DNA of 64,000 nucleotides from a virus: IMG/VR virus record IMGVR_UViG_3300044712_000936, positions 1 through 64,000 of that record; one strand, written 5' to 3'. A program made the position numbers and the translations under genes. The notes beneath the pieces were generated by a model. It did not search any database and had not been told where the DNA came from. It worked only from the letters and a program-made list of their open reading frames with translations. Below are positions 1 to 10,640 of the stretch, one piece after another; position 1 is the stretch's first letter; each line of letters opens with the position of its first letter.

Positions 1-2579
1 AGGAAGTTAGTCCAGGTATCCCCCGCATCAGAAGAATAAAACCCTGCTAGTTCAGCCGTTGCATAATTTGTACCCATAAAGGCTATAAAGTTATGATTTA
101 AAGCACAATCTCCCCAACAACGTACCTCATTAGGGCCATAATCCCCTGTAGGAGTAATCTCTGTAGTTGTAAGTCCATTTGCTTCCGTTCGATAAGCAGA
201 TAACGTAGTGCCTAAATTACCCCAATAACAGAGATTTTCTGGATTATTATCGTTCCAAGGGAACAGAATAGACCCACCAAGATAAGCGCCAAAATCAGTT
301 GCAGGTGTAATTACAGCCGCCCAAGTTGCTCCGTAAGTGGTAGTTTTATACAACATACTAACTCCACCACTGATAGCTCCTATATAAGCTAATCCTGGCG
401 TTTTACCGCTAACATGAATAACGGGAATTGTAGGATCACCCGTTATTGTATCCCCTCCCGGATCGCCTGGATAGGGATCAGCGCCAGTACCCGCAATGTG
501 GAATTTAGTTAGTATATTATGCCCATTAACGCCAGCACCGTTATATTGTCCAGTTCTCGTTCTGATATTGCCGATAGCAGTCAGGTTATTATTAAAGTTA
601 TGCTCAAAAGAGCTTTGACCTATATAACTTATGTCTCCCCAAGCCGATCCGCTGTTATTTATTTGTATCCATATATTACCAACAACAGAAAGATTACCGC
701 TAGGCCAAGTAGAAAATTCCCATTTAGCCCACTTTAGGGTAGATGCTCCAATACCATTCCAGTTTTTATAAACTTCAGGGCCACTAGCATATCTTACAAT
801 GGTTGTGTCTATACCGTTCGCATTTTGAGTACCGGAAGATACTATCCATCCGTGTGCGCTTGTAGTGAAATCATAACTATGTATCCAGTCATATGTACCG
901 CCAAAAATACTCCCAGTGAAAGTATCTGCGGATACTGTAACTTCCGTCCAAGTTGATCCATCTGTTGTGTAACAAGATGTCACCCCGGCGTCTGTATAAT
1001 AACTGGCAACCATAACCCAGTTCTGAGTGCCGCGATCTGTCTGAATAGTTCGATAAATTGTCTCTGTTGCAAAAGTGAACTGGCTGGTAACAGAACGAGT
1101 ACCACCAATATTTTTAACGTTTGAAATATAATAGATGTCGGTTGAAGTAAGTAACCAACCGTTAACCGTTGTCCCTGTTCCGGCATAAAGAGGACTGAAG
1201 GCATCACCTACAAATCCAACAGGAGTACCGTTCAAAGTCAAAGCAGCCTGAGTCCAGGTAGGACCACCTGATCCGCTCGGAGTGGTGAAATCGTCTGTCA
1301 GATAAAGATTCCCCGCCTTATCAAAGGCGGCAATCGAATCTGTGCCTCCTTCTAGGAAATAAGGCGGCTGCGGTCCCGTTTCAGTGAAGGGATCAGCATC
1401 GTTATAAGAAGTTGTATAGGTTGCAATATAATTAAATTCTTGCTCGTTTAGATCTTCCAGTTCAGCTTCAATAAGCTCAATAACATCAGCATCTTTACCG
1501 CTGGAAACACTAACTTTGACTTCTGATATTTTCTTTTCTTGTATAAAATTATAATATTTTGCCGTAACAATATCCCCTAAACCCCAGTTTCGCAACCAGT
1601 AAGATCCAGGTGATTGTCGGACATTAAAGGTTAATGTTTTTCTGGCTTTGTTTTCTTGAATATAGGCTTTACCCGAGGTTAACAATCCGGCATTATCTGA
1701 TTCGCCTCTAGCATCAGCAAAAGCCTCTTTTCTGCCTAAAGGACTGACAGCAGTTGCATCGGTATTTTCGAGTTCGAGAATAGTACGGGCCGTACCACTG
1801 CCCTGCCCACCTACGTAAACAACATTAACCTCATCACTATAGTTATTAGATAGGATAGGTATTTCCATATTATCTAATTTAAGGTTAAAAAACATAGGGG
1901 GATTTCCGGCGGTGCTGTTAATGCGGCGGTCTAATCCCCAAATTCGCCTTACTTCAAATTTAAAGTTAGCGGGAGGATCTGTGCTGGTAATTCCGTAAGT
2001 AACACCACCATCAGCAGCAATGCTTTGACAGACAGTTTCCATGCTGGTATATCGACCAGAATAGGTAACATTATCACCAATTCCTGTAATGGCATCGTAG
2101 ACCATTGGTCCCATAAAAGTACGATCTGGATCAGCTGGAAACATAAAGTGATCATTAATATAGGATTTCAAACAGGCCTCGGCTGTGTCAGTTTTAACAT
2201 CAGCTTCATATCCAGCCGGGGGGATAGTCACGCGCCTTTTTAAAAAGGTTGTGTACCCCTGACCGTACAGGGTAAATTCAAGAGAACCCTTTTTAAGTGC
2301 CTGATCTACAACAGTAAGATTAACTCCCTCAAAAACTTTATCACGATTAAAGGTAATAGGATCAAGACGATATATAAGCACAAAATAATCAGGAAGAATA
2401 CTGCGTAAAACGGATACCCGATCATCCTCTTCCGACATATCAAAATACAAAGCGTAGTTCCAGGCAGCATTAAGTCTCTGAGTATACTCAAGACGTTTCC
2501 AGCCCTGTAACATGGCTATACGATTTCTGGTATAATCATATAAAAATATTTCGTAGGGATTGTAGGGTATATAAGCCAT
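1..2579 (-). CDS. Tail-tip/minor tail protein (ReqiPepy6 Gp37-like N-terminus plus C-terminal Asp-box/BNR beta-propeller region); runs off the left edge
   Basis: Absent from the ORF track because it is open-ended. Manual translation from ATG 2579 gives MAYIPYNPYEIFLYDYTRNRIAMLQGWKRLEYTQRLN..., with no stop seen; later motifs TTDGSTW, KTTTYGATW, SSDAGDTW. Directly follows Dit. Confidence 0.75.
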   Translation of the reverse strand, partial: MAYIPYNPYEIFLYDYTRNRIAMLQGWKRLEYTQRLNAAWNYALYFDMSEEDDRVSVLRSILPDYFVLIYRLDPITFNRDKVFEGVNLTVVDQALKKGSLEFTLYGQGYTTFLKRRVTIPPAGYEADVKTDTAEACLKSYINDHFMFPADPDRTFMGPMVYDAITGIGDNVTYSGRYTSMETVCQSIAADGGVTYGITSTDPPANFKFEVRRIWGLDRRINSTAGNPPMFFNLKLDNMEIPILSNNYSDEVNVVYVGGQGSGTARTILELENTDATAVSPLGRKEAFADARGESDNAGLLTSGKAYIQENKARKTLTFNVRQSPGSYWLRNWGLGDIVTAKYYNFIQEKKISEVKVSVSSGKDADVIELIEAELEDLNEQEFNYIATYTTSYNDADPFTETGPQPPYFLEGGTDSIAAFDKAGNLYLTDDFTTPSGSGGPTWTQAALTLNGTPVGFVGDAFSPLYAGTGTTVNGWLLTSTDIYYISNVKNIGGTRSVTSQFTFATETIYRTIQTDRGTQNWVMVASYYTDAGVTSCYTTDGSTWTEVTVSADTFTGSIFGGTYDWIHSYDFTTSAHGWIVSSGTQNANGIDTTIVRYASGPEVYKNWNGIGASTLKWAKWEFSTWPSGNLSVVGNIWIQINNSGSAWGDISYIGQSSFEHNFNNNLTAIGNIRTRTGQYNGAGVNGHNILTKFHIAGTGADPYPGDPGGDTITGDPTIPVIHVSGKTPGLAYIGAISGGVSMLYKTTTYGATWAAVITPATDFGAYLGGSILFPWNDNNPENLCYWGNLGTTLSAYRTEANGLTTTEITPTGDYGPNEVRCWGDCALNHNFIAFMGTNYATAELAGFYSSDAGDTWTNF

Positions 2580-3443
2580 TTAAATACCTGCATAACGATC
2601 ATAATAAGTCATGGTGACTACAGGAGCGCCAGCATCTGCGGCTAGTTGGATAGTATTAACACCACCAGCCACTAAAGGATCAGGTTGCAAACTAAAGTTA
2701 GACAAATTAGAGCTAATAGATAGTTCTGTTAACATAGATAAGCCGGATGTACTGTTTATAATATCTTTTTTAGCATAAGTTAAGTTAACCGTGAATGTGT
2801 CGCCAACACTTATGCCAGATAAAACAAACTGTATATCGGTGCTATCATTGCGAAAACCTAAATTTATGAATGTGCCATCGCTGGCAAAACTGGGGTATTC
2901 TTCCCATGTACCAGCATAGTTAATAACGTTGTCACCAAAATTTAAAGTTACAACATGAGGAGTTGGGTTATACCAAACAGGATTATATGCCTTAAAATTA
3001 AGCGTTTCGTCAATGCCCCAGGCATCCCAGGTGTTCTGCGCTGGTGTGTTGAATGTTCCACCGCCCATACAAAAGCAGTCTATATCACGTACCTTTTTTA
3101 CACCATTAATATAATATATCTTACGTAGTTTACCAGGAATAGGTAAATTTGGATAAGTTTGGCTGATACGCAACTCGTTTTCCAAACCCTGTCTAGCCAG
3201 CCAATACTCGCTTCTGTTGGACGCATTGTGCCGGATAGTAACAGATAAATCTCGTGGTTCCAAAGTATAGGCAACAGGAGTTGTACCGTGCTGGTAAGCT
3301 CCTGTTGACGTATACATATTGGTTTCAGGCAAGCCAAAACCGACCTCGGATATAACAGCTTTTTTAGGGGGATTGTGTAGGTTATAAACAACCCCGCTTG
3401 CTGTAATAAATTGTAATCTTTCTATACCAGTTCGATAGTTCAT
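2580..3443 (-). CDS. Distal tail protein (Dit-like)
   Basis: Immediately after the tape measure gene with a TAATG overlap at 3441-3445 (start MNYRTG); Dit-like features FKAYNPVWY, GGVNTIQL, YYDRYAGI. Confidence 0.75.
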   Translation of the reverse strand: MNYRTGIERLQFITASGVVYNLHNPPKKAVISEVGFGLPETNMYTSTGAYQHGTTPVAYTLEPRDLSVTIRHNASNRSEYWLARQGLENELRISQTYPNLPIPGKLRKIYYINGVKKVRDIDCFCMGGGTFNTPAQNTWDAWGIDETLNFKAYNPVWYNPTPHVVTLNFGDNVINYAGTWEEYPSFASDGTFINLGFRNDSTDIQFVLSGISVGDTFTVNLTYAKKDIINSTSGLSMLTELSISSNLSNFSLQPDPLVAGGVNTIQLAADAGAPVVTMTYYDRYAGI

Positions 3444-6400
3444 TAACCTACCGCCATCCACTGACTAAATAAGTTCTTGTTTGTTGTAACTGTTTGTTGC
3501 GCCGGAGGCCCATAAAAAACAGGGTTGTACACACTATTTTTAGTGTTTGTTGTGCTGGTGTTTGTTGTTGACCCGAACACAGTTTTTGCAACGTTGGCAA
3601 CGACATTACTGGCAGCTTGCGCGGCTGTTAATCTAGCCTGTGCCGCTGTTGCCTGTTGAATAATGCTGTTTACAGATGCTGAAAAGCTCATCTGCATGTT
3701 TCTTATAAGATTTGTAATAGCGTTTATAGCAGTATATAAAGGAGAAATGCCCGATAAACCTTGAGCCAATCCTTGAATAATGTTTCTACCATACTCAGCA
3801 AATACACTAGACGGTGAATAGATACCAAAGGCACTTTTAAAAGTAGTCTTTATTTTATTAGCCATAGTAGTAACGCTGTTTTGTGCGAGGAGTGTGTTTT
3901 GACCGACCCCGTTTACATAGCCCTCTACCGTGTTTGTGCCGCTGGTTTCGCCAAATTCGCGCATCCTAATCTGTGCCTGTTCAACACTTTTTTGCAAAGT
4001 AAACTTATCTTGAATACTTTTTGCAATATCCTGAATTGTTTTATTACCAGCTTTTACCGCTTCTTTAGTTACTGAATTTGGAAAATACTGCTCTATAAAA
4101 GGTGCAGGTTCACCAACAAAAGTTGCAGGCTGCGATTGGACCTGTATTGCATCTGGTTTCCAGCCAAACAGCTTTTCTTCTAGCCCCTCTTTCATACCAT
4201 CCCAAATGGTCTTAGCTATGTCATTACCCACCTTTTTTAGTGTAGGTACGCCTGTAGTTTGTGCCCATTCAGACATTTGACCAAACAGATCTTCTAGTTT
4301 AGGGCGTAAAATTTCCCATCCAGCCTGTAACTGATCGCCCATCCAGCCAACTACGGTATCCAAAGCTTCATTTATTTTTGTTCTGGTATTTTCGCTGGTT
4401 AATGTGCTGTAAATATTGTCAATTAAACGAGCGAATTTAGGCGCAAGACCTTCAGATCCCTGTTCTTTAGTGAAAGAAGTTACTGTCACCGGAGCCGGGA
4501 AGAAATTCTTTTGGAAATCTAAATCTCTGCTCTGGAATTCCTTCTCTGTCATAAGACCTAAATCAAGTCCGTTCAAATTGCCAGCCATATCAATACCTAG
4601 TGCTCTGACAAATTTTTCAGTCGATTTATTCCAAGAATCCTCAGAGCCAAACAGCACACGATCTGCTATATGCCCAAAAGCACCGAATAAACCTTCTATT
4701 CCCTGTGCTATGGTATCTGCCCCGTCCTTTTTCAGCCAATCCTTAGTATTGGTTACGAAGGTATTAAATTTTGGCTTAAGATTGTCCCATAACATATCAG
4801 CAGCTAAAAAGAAACCGTCAAACACAGTCTCTAAGGCTGGTCCCAGTTCGCCAAAGACACCCTTAATGCCGCTTTCTTTGTAGGCAGCAACCAGCTGTGT
4901 AAGTGCCTTTGCTACACTACCAACAATTGTTGTGATAAAGGTTAGACCTTGTACAGTAAGAGTGACTATGTTGCCTATGATTGAACCGATAGTAACACCT
5001 ACTTTAGATGCGGTAGTCACAGCCCCTGGTTCAAGAGATGCGTAAAAATCTCTGATACCCGTTTTAGCTTTGTCGGCTCTACCGAAGATCGTATCAAACA
5101 GACCTTTAAACGAGTTAGCGGCTATCTTGGCCTGTCCAGCAAAAACCTTGACAGCATCTATAATACCGGTAAAGGAGTTTAACCAACCAACTGAAATACC
5201 TTCCATGAACTTAGCAACAGACTGAGCAAAGCTTACCAGTCGATCACTCGTTGTTTTGGCTTTACCAGATAGATCATCAGATTTAGTAACAATTCTAACG
5301 ATATTTTTTAATAATTTACCTGTATCTTTGACTATCTTGACAACCCAAAACGCGGCTGTTCCCATTGCATAGGAAAACCGATTGGCATTGTCTTTAGATG
5401 CGCCAAGTGCCAGAGCTAAGCCCCGTAAACCACCTTCTCTACCGGAGCCAGTAGATCCGCCACTAAAGAATAGCATAATAGACTTCTCTAAGCCTTGCTT
5501 AGATAAATCCTCTTTGAATTGTTTGGCTGATAATTTCAATTCATCAAATACTTTATCTTTGTTTTTGATGAACTGAGTAATAACCTTTGGTCCTAATATC
5601 AAAGCAAAACCAGCAGCTGCTACAGCCAAAATCTGAGGCAGTTTTCCCAAAGGACTCAGTATAAATTTAACTAACCCGCTACCAAAGCCGGGTAATTTGC
5701 CTAATACAGAACCCAATAAACCACCAATCCCCTTTATACCCTTAAAAACACCACCTAAAAGGAGATTAATAGTTCCAGTAGCAGTTTTAGTTAGTGTATC
5801 CAGTATAACAAATGGCGCTTTGAATACCTTTATTAAGGGGCTAAATCCAATAGCCAGAAAATCGATACTTTCTTTAAAGGATTTAACAATACTGGATATG
5901 AACGAACTAACACCACCAACTGCAAACTTAATACCACCAGTAGCAAAGTCAAACGCCTCGGATAACCCTCCAAGCAGCAAACTACCCACAGGTTTAATTA
6001 TTTTACCTGAAATGCCTTTAAATATGCCTGTAATAAAGCCTGTACCCTTTTCGATTAGACTCTTTGACTTGCCACCTTTCTTAGCACCAAACAGACCGGA
6101 GAAAGGATTTAAAGAACCAACCAATCCGCCTATTACACCCTGTACTTTACCAAATCCGATAATATTATTGCCCAATAACTGAGTCATTGTGCCTAAGACC
6201 AGCAAAAGAGGTCCAATGGCTGCTGTTAAGGCACTAATCCGCAGGATAGTGTGTAAGGAACCCTCGTCCATGTTACGCAGGAACTTAGCTACAGACTGAA
6301 TACCCTTAAGTAATTTAACAATATCGTCACGAACTAAATCAAAAATTGTAATACCAAGATCTGCTAGGGTATTTTTAGTCAGTTGAATAATAGACTGAAC

Positions 6401-7597
6401 TGTTTTGAATCGCTTGGTTGTTTCTTCTTGCAAAGCAATCTGTTCTGTCCAAGCTTTGTTAGATAAAGCTATATCGTCACGCAACAGCTTCATGTTGGGG
6501 CCAAGAATATTAACAACTTCTCTAACACGAACACCAGACAAACCCATGTCTTTCATCATGTCAGATGTCAGTGTTCCGGCTTCCTGCATTTCAGTCAGTT
6601 TCTTTAAAAATACATCCATTGCCCCCACAGCATCCCTTTTAAAGAGTGCTGTAAAGTCCTGGACAGATAATCCCGCTACTTGAGCAAAGGTTTTTACCTC
6701 GTCGCCGCCATCAGCAATCGAGAAAATCATTTCATAAAGCAAACGGCTAACAGCAGTACCACCACGTTCTGCTTTAATACCCATTTCTGCCAAAGCAGCT
6801 GAGATACCTAAAATGTCAGGAGATGTAATATTAGCAGAACGACCCGCAGCAGCTAAACGGAGAGCCATATTTGAAATTTCAGATTCTGTTGCAGCTGCAT
6901 TGTTACCTAATGCCACCAAAGAGTTGCCCATCTGATTAGCAAATTTGGCAACGTCCTTATCTGCTACGCCCATGATGTTACCAAAACGGGCAATGGCGAA
7001 AGCGGCTTGTTCTGCATTTAGATCTGTAGCAGTACCTAACAACGCCATAACTTTAGTAAATTCAGTAATTTGATCAGCACTAACACCTAACTGACCGGCA
7101 ATCTGACCTGTTTTAGCTAATTCAGAAGCTGAGATAGGGATCTCAAGAGCCAAATCTCTGAAGTTATCGCGCAATTCCTTACCTAACTTTGTCAAATCAC
7201 CAAACGATTTATTAGCAAAAACAGCATCTTTTTGGGCTTGAGTCAAACCTGTGGATGTACCATACATTTCTTTAGCAACATCAGTGAAACCAATAGCCAC
7301 ACCATTAACAGTCTTGCTCACACCTGCAAAGGCTTCCTCGAATTTAATACCCTGACTCGTTAAAGCCCCTATTGCACCAACAAGAGGGGCTGTAATCGTA
7401 TATGTCATGGTTCGGCCCATAGACGAGAGGGCATCACCGACAGTTACAACACTTCTACCGAACTTTTCCATTCGGTTTTGGCTGTTGTATATCTCCCGGC
7501 TGAAACGCGATAAATCGTCTCGTATATTACCCAACATACGAGAGGCTTGTGCCGCGCCTAAAACAACTACCCTAATTCCTACATCTGTCTGTGCCAT
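3443..7597 (-). CDS. Tape measure protein (TP901-like)
   Basis: 1384 aa, Ala/Gly-rich and helical; FEEAFAGVSKTV, ALGNNAAATESEI, GIKAERGGTAVSR, FGIYSPSSVF motifs. Confidence 0.95.
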   Translation of the reverse strand: MAQTDVGIRVVVLGAAQASRMLGNIRDDLSRFSREIYNSQNRMEKFGRSVVTVGDALSSMGRTMTYTITAPLVGAIGALTSQGIKFEEAFAGVSKTVNGVAIGFTDVAKEMYGTSTGLTQAQKDAVFANKSFGDLTKLGKELRDNFRDLALEIPISASELAKTGQIAGQLGVSADQITEFTKVMALLGTATDLNAEQAAFAIARFGNIMGVADKDVAKFANQMGNSLVALGNNAAATESEISNMALRLAAAGRSANITSPDILGISAALAEMGIKAERGGTAVSRLLYEMIFSIADGGDEVKTFAQVAGLSVQDFTALFKRDAVGAMDVFLKKLTEMQEAGTLTSDMMKDMGLSGVRVREVVNILGPNMKLLRDDIALSNKAWTEQIALQEETTKRFKTVQSIIQLTKNTLADLGITIFDLVRDDIVKLLKGIQSVAKFLRNMDEGSLHTILRISALTAAIGPLLLVLGTMTQLLGNNIIGFGKVQGVIGGLVGSLNPFSGLFGAKKGGKSKSLIEKGTGFITGIFKGISGKIIKPVGSLLLGGLSEAFDFATGGIKFAVGGVSSFISSIVKSFKESIDFLAIGFSPLIKVFKAPFVILDTLTKTATGTINLLLGGVFKGIKGIGGLLGSVLGKLPGFGSGLVKFILSPLGKLPQILAVAAAGFALILGPKVITQFIKNKDKVFDELKLSAKQFKEDLSKQGLEKSIMLFFSGGSTGSGREGGLRGLALALGASKDNANRFSYAMGTAAFWVVKIVKDTGKLLKNIVRIVTKSDDLSGKAKTTSDRLVSFAQSVAKFMEGISVGWLNSFTGIIDAVKVFAGQAKIAANSFKGLFDTIFGRADKAKTGIRDFYASLEPGAVTTASKVGVTIGSIIGNIVTLTVQGLTFITTIVGSVAKALTQLVAAYKESGIKGVFGELGPALETVFDGFFLAADMLWDNLKPKFNTFVTNTKDWLKKDGADTIAQGIEGLFGAFGHIADRVLFGSEDSWNKSTEKFVRALGIDMAGNLNGLDLGLMTEKEFQSRDLDFQKNFFPAPVTVTSFTKEQGSEGLAPKFARLIDNIYSTLTSENTRTKINEALDTVVGWMGDQLQAGWEILRPKLEDLFGQMSEWAQTTGVPTLKKVGNDIAKTIWDGMKEGLEEKLFGWKPDAIQVQSQPATFVGEPAPFIEQYFPNSVTKEAVKAGNKTIQDIAKSIQDKFTLQKSVEQAQIRMREFGETSGTNTVEGYVNGVGQNTLLAQNSVTTMANKIKTTFKSAFGIYSPSSVFAEYGRNIIQGLAQGLSGISPLYTAINAITNLIRNMQMSFSASVNSIIQQATAAQARLTAAQAASNVVANVAKTVFGSTTNTSTTNTKNSVYNPVFYGPPAQQTVTTNKNLFSQWMAVG

Positions 7598-7600
7598 AAG

Positions 7601-7876
7601 TTATTTCTTCTTCTTGGATTTCCGTTTGGATTCCGCGATTTGAGTATCCTGGATATGATTATCAATTTGATTACGTAATAAATAGTGGGCTACAACTTCT
7701 GCTTTTTGTATGCTTGTTAAGTCTTGCCATGTCGTATCAAACTGATAATTGGCTTTATTGCACGCTTCCCTTTCATAAAATTCTGGTATTATACCTGGAA
7801 TAGAGACTATATCTATACCCGTATTCATAGTAGTGCGGAGTGAAACTTTATATATCGGTGTTCCGTCCTTCATCAC
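7601..7876 (-). CDS. Tail assembly chaperone, downstream (T-like) part, probably reached by frameshift
   Basis: Lies between the G-like chaperone and the tape measure gene, overlapping the former in the +1 frame. Confidence 0.6.
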   Translation of the reverse strand: MMKDGTPIYKVSLRTTMNTGIDIVSIPGIIPEFYEREACNKANYQFDTTWQDLTSIQKAEVVAHYLLRNQIDNHIQDTQIAESKRKSKKKK

Positions 7877-8417
7877 TCGGAAATTTGTCCATAGCTGTTT
7901 CGGTTGATTTTTCTGTTACTCCGTAAGTCGGGAGTACAAAATCAGCCAAACGAGCCATGTCACCTTCCTCAGAAACAGCCACCAGTTTAACCCACTGCAA
8001 ATAACGCAGTCTTGCATTCTTGGGAATGACAATACCCAAAGCTTCGTTTTCTTCAACCCACGTTTCCGAATCCAGCTTTTCAACCGTCTTGGGAACAACC
8101 TTTATTTTAGTGCCCTTTATAATCCCTAAGTCCATCAGAGCCATGACTATTTGTGCTTCTTGTTCTTCTGTTGCTTTAATATAATCAGGGTCAAGTGGAT
8201 TTTCTTCTTCGCGTTCTTTTTCAGGATTAAAATAGGTTGGTACTTTAGGGGCTTTGAAAGTTTTGAGAATTTCGTACATAACGGTACGAGGAAAAGAAAC
8301 ACGCTCAAGCACTACACCGCTTGAAAACTTGAGCGTGTTATCTTCTTTTTCCTGTGGCTTCTCAACACTTTCAATCGTTTCTGTTAAACGATCTTCGTAA
8401 GTGTCTTTTGTAACCAC
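7848..8417 (-). CDS. Tail assembly chaperone (G-like)
   Basis: Acidic 189 aa protein between tail tube and tape measure genes. Confidence 0.65.
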   Translation of the reverse strand: MVTKDTYEDRLTETIESVEKPQEKEDNTLKFSSGVVLERVSFPRTVMYEILKTFKAPKVPTYFNPEKEREEENPLDPDYIKATEEQEAQIVMALMDLGIIKGTKIKVVPKTVEKLDSETWVEENEALGIVIPKNARLRYLQWVKLVAVSEEGDMARLADFVLPTYGVTEKSTETAMDKFPSDEGRNTDI

Positions 8418-8422
8418 GTTAA

Positions 8423-9937
8423 TTAACTCCCTTTAATTATGATTCCATCTGCGCCGTTGTCAGCCAAACCACCAGCAAACACCGTATTGGCTTCTTTGTA
8501 GCAAACGGCTAACGAGTTGATAATGTCAGCCAGAGGCAGCGTTCCCGCACCTTCGGGCATCACATACCAAGTATTGCCACCAGAGATAGTACGCAGGATA
8601 CGGGCACGAGTAGCCGATGTCTGAACGGCCATGAAACCAACCATGTTTGTCGCAAACACGATAGCTGTAACCTTGCCAACTCCACCACCACCAGCGCTGT
8701 CACCGGGGAACCGTTTCTGTGCCCACGATGTACCACCATTTTCTGTGTACCACAGGGCATTGTCATTTGTACCAACAAACCAGATTGTGTCAGAAAGCAT
8801 GAATAAGCTCAGCAAATCGGGCGTATTCACAATATCTGGTCCAGTTACAGCTGCAAATGTTTCACCATCTGTTGTGTGAACAACTGCATTATTCGCACCG
8901 ACAGCAACTACATTTTCATCGTCATAAGCATGAATAGCTGCAAGATTTTCTGTTGTGGCTGCTCCGGCATCAAGTGTACTGACACTGGCTGTTACATCCG
9001 AACTAAAGTAGACATAGCCACCTAAACCAGAAAAATAAACAGCTGAAGGAGAGGCAGCACTGACACTTGTCGGACCTTTAGCAGCAACGAAACCTGTTGC
9101 AACCTTAGCCCATGTTTCAGCACCGTTAAGAATATCAGCAGATGGAGCGTAATGCAAAGCTTCGTCGGTAGATGAAACAACAACATAGTTATCACCCACA
9201 CATTCCGCATCACTTACTGTATCTGTGACACCTAACGTTGTAATCCATGTATCTCCCCACACGACTCCACCATCAGCCGAGAAAACAACTTCTGGTAGAA
9301 CACCGGGAGAAGCGGTAGCAGGATTACTAACCGCAAAGACTTTCTGGCAACCGTCTGATGGAGTACCGCAGTTACCGCAAGCGGGACTATCACAGACGTT
9401 GATTGAGATAATTTCCTGCCCAACTTCGTTCTGAGCACGTTCAGCAAAACGCATAGGAACAATTTCGTAGAACAACTGTGCAGCCAGATCAACCGTCTCG
9501 TCAATAGTCGCATCTTCGCCGCTATCCAACGCACCAAGATCGCCTGTGCTGTAGTTTGTGAAATAAGCGTTTTCAAAAGCTAAAATCTTTGTCCAACCAG
9601 CATCAAACAGGGTAGGCTGCTTACAACGCCCAAAGTGCAACTGAACGTCAATCGCACACTGTTGGTGAGCCAGTTTCAAGATTGCCGAACGATCATCGGG
9701 ATACCGAAAAGTAAGCCCAACCGTAGGACGATCTTCCGCGCCACGTATAATCCCAACTTCGTCAAATACACCATACTCAGTATCTGATGGAACACGGATA
9801 GGGGTAATATCACCTAAAGCGTGATCTACACCACCGGCCTTAGCCATCGACTGATATTGGGGCACTGTTGTGGGACGTGCTTGGCGTTCAAATGTCCATA
9901 CACGGCTGTTAGCTGTACGTTCAACACCAGATCCCAT
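8423..9937 (-). CDS. Major tail (tube) protein with fused C-terminal beta-propeller
   Basis: Syntenic position upstream of chaperones and tape measure; C-terminal Asp-box repeats SADGGVVW, TTDGETF, TENGGTSW, TISGGNTW. Confidence 0.65.
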   Translation of the reverse strand: MGSGVERTANSRVWTFERQARPTTVPQYQSMAKAGGVDHALGDITPIRVPSDTEYGVFDEVGIIRGAEDRPTVGLTFRYPDDRSAILKLAHQQCAIDVQLHFGRCKQPTLFDAGWTKILAFENAYFTNYSTGDLGALDSGEDATIDETVDLAAQLFYEIVPMRFAERAQNEVGQEIISINVCDSPACGNCGTPSDGCQKVFAVSNPATASPGVLPEVVFSADGGVVWGDTWITTLGVTDTVSDAECVGDNYVVVSSTDEALHYAPSADILNGAETWAKVATGFVAAKGPTSVSAASPSAVYFSGLGGYVYFSSDVTASVSTLDAGAATTENLAAIHAYDDENVVAVGANNAVVHTTDGETFAAVTGPDIVNTPDLLSLFMLSDTIWFVGTNDNALWYTENGGTSWAQKRFPGDSAGGGGVGKVTAIVFATNMVGFMAVQTSATRARILRTISGGNTWYVMPEGAGTLPLADIINSLAVCYKEANTVFAGGLADNGADGIIIKGS

Positions 9938-10261
9938 TTACAAATCCTCCACACTACTGTAATAATCGTGTTGATAAATAGATTTAAGTAGACGAACAAT
10001 CGCCTTAGTGTCTTTAACATGGGGCAACGTTGTCTTTACAACTTCAAAGAGTTTGCCTGTACTGCCGTGAATAAGTTCTGCGTTAACCAAATTAGCTTTA
10101 ACCAGTTCTTTTTGCAGTAACTTTATTTCATCGGTACTTAACGGTAGTTCTGATAGGTCGGGCGGTCCAATCCGAATACCGTACTTGTACTGCTGTACTG
10201 TGGCATTTTCTTTGACCCTAACCAGCCAAGAAAAACCTTCTTCATCTATATAAACAGGCAT
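9938..10261 (-). CDS. Hypothetical protein (tail/neck region)
   Basis: 107 aa ORF with SD GGAAGG, abutting the tail tube gene. Confidence 0.6.
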   Translation of the reverse strand: MPVYIDEEGFSWLVRVKENATVQQYKYGIRIGPPDLSELPLSTDEIKLLQKELVKANLVNAELIHGSTGKLFEVVKTTLPHVKDTKAIVRLLKSIYQHDYYSSVEDL

Positions 10262-10331
10262 TATACATACCTTCCACTACACTAATGAATTAATATCTAT
10301 TTTACATAATAAGATTACAATGAAAAAATAA

Positions 10332-10360
10332 TTGACAAAACCACAAAAATACTATATAAT
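10332..10360 (+). promoter_or_regulatory. Consensus sigma70/sigmaA promoter
   Basis: TTGACA (10332-10337), 17 bp spacer, TATAAT (10355-10360). Confidence 0.85.
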
Positions 10361-10403
10361 GGATAGTACATATATCAAAACTTTAGGGGTAAAAAGATGA
10401 CTT

Positions 10404-10640
10404 ATGACTAGATGGTATGGAGCTAACTTGACTGTTTTGCCCGTAGATGAAGTAGAAGATAGTTTGAGAGAAAAGATGAAAAAAGCAGCCGGGAATAGAA
10501 ACTGGCTGCTGTGGCACGAAATATATGAAATTGGTTATTCTTTATATATTTGTTACAAAGAAGATGGTAAATTAAAAGACTACGAAAAAGTTTTGTGTCG
10601 TATCTTTACACAGCAAGGTGATCGCTGGTACTTTAACTAG
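10404..10640 (+). CDS. Small opposite-strand (moron-like) hypothetical protein
   Basis: 78 aa ORF filling an intergenic gap, behind its own consensus promoter. Confidence 0.6.
   Translation: MTRWYGANLTVLPVDEVEDSLREKMKKAAGNRNWLLWHEIYEIGYSLYICYKEDGKLKDYEKVLCRIFTQQGDRWYFN

Noticed and set aside
519-2491. Short ORFs listed in the track
   Set aside because: They lie within the single open-ended minus-strand tail gene starting at 2579.
3881-7643. Plus-strand ORFs within the tape measure gene, and similar shadows in other genes
   Set aside because: Antisense shadows of well-supported long genes.
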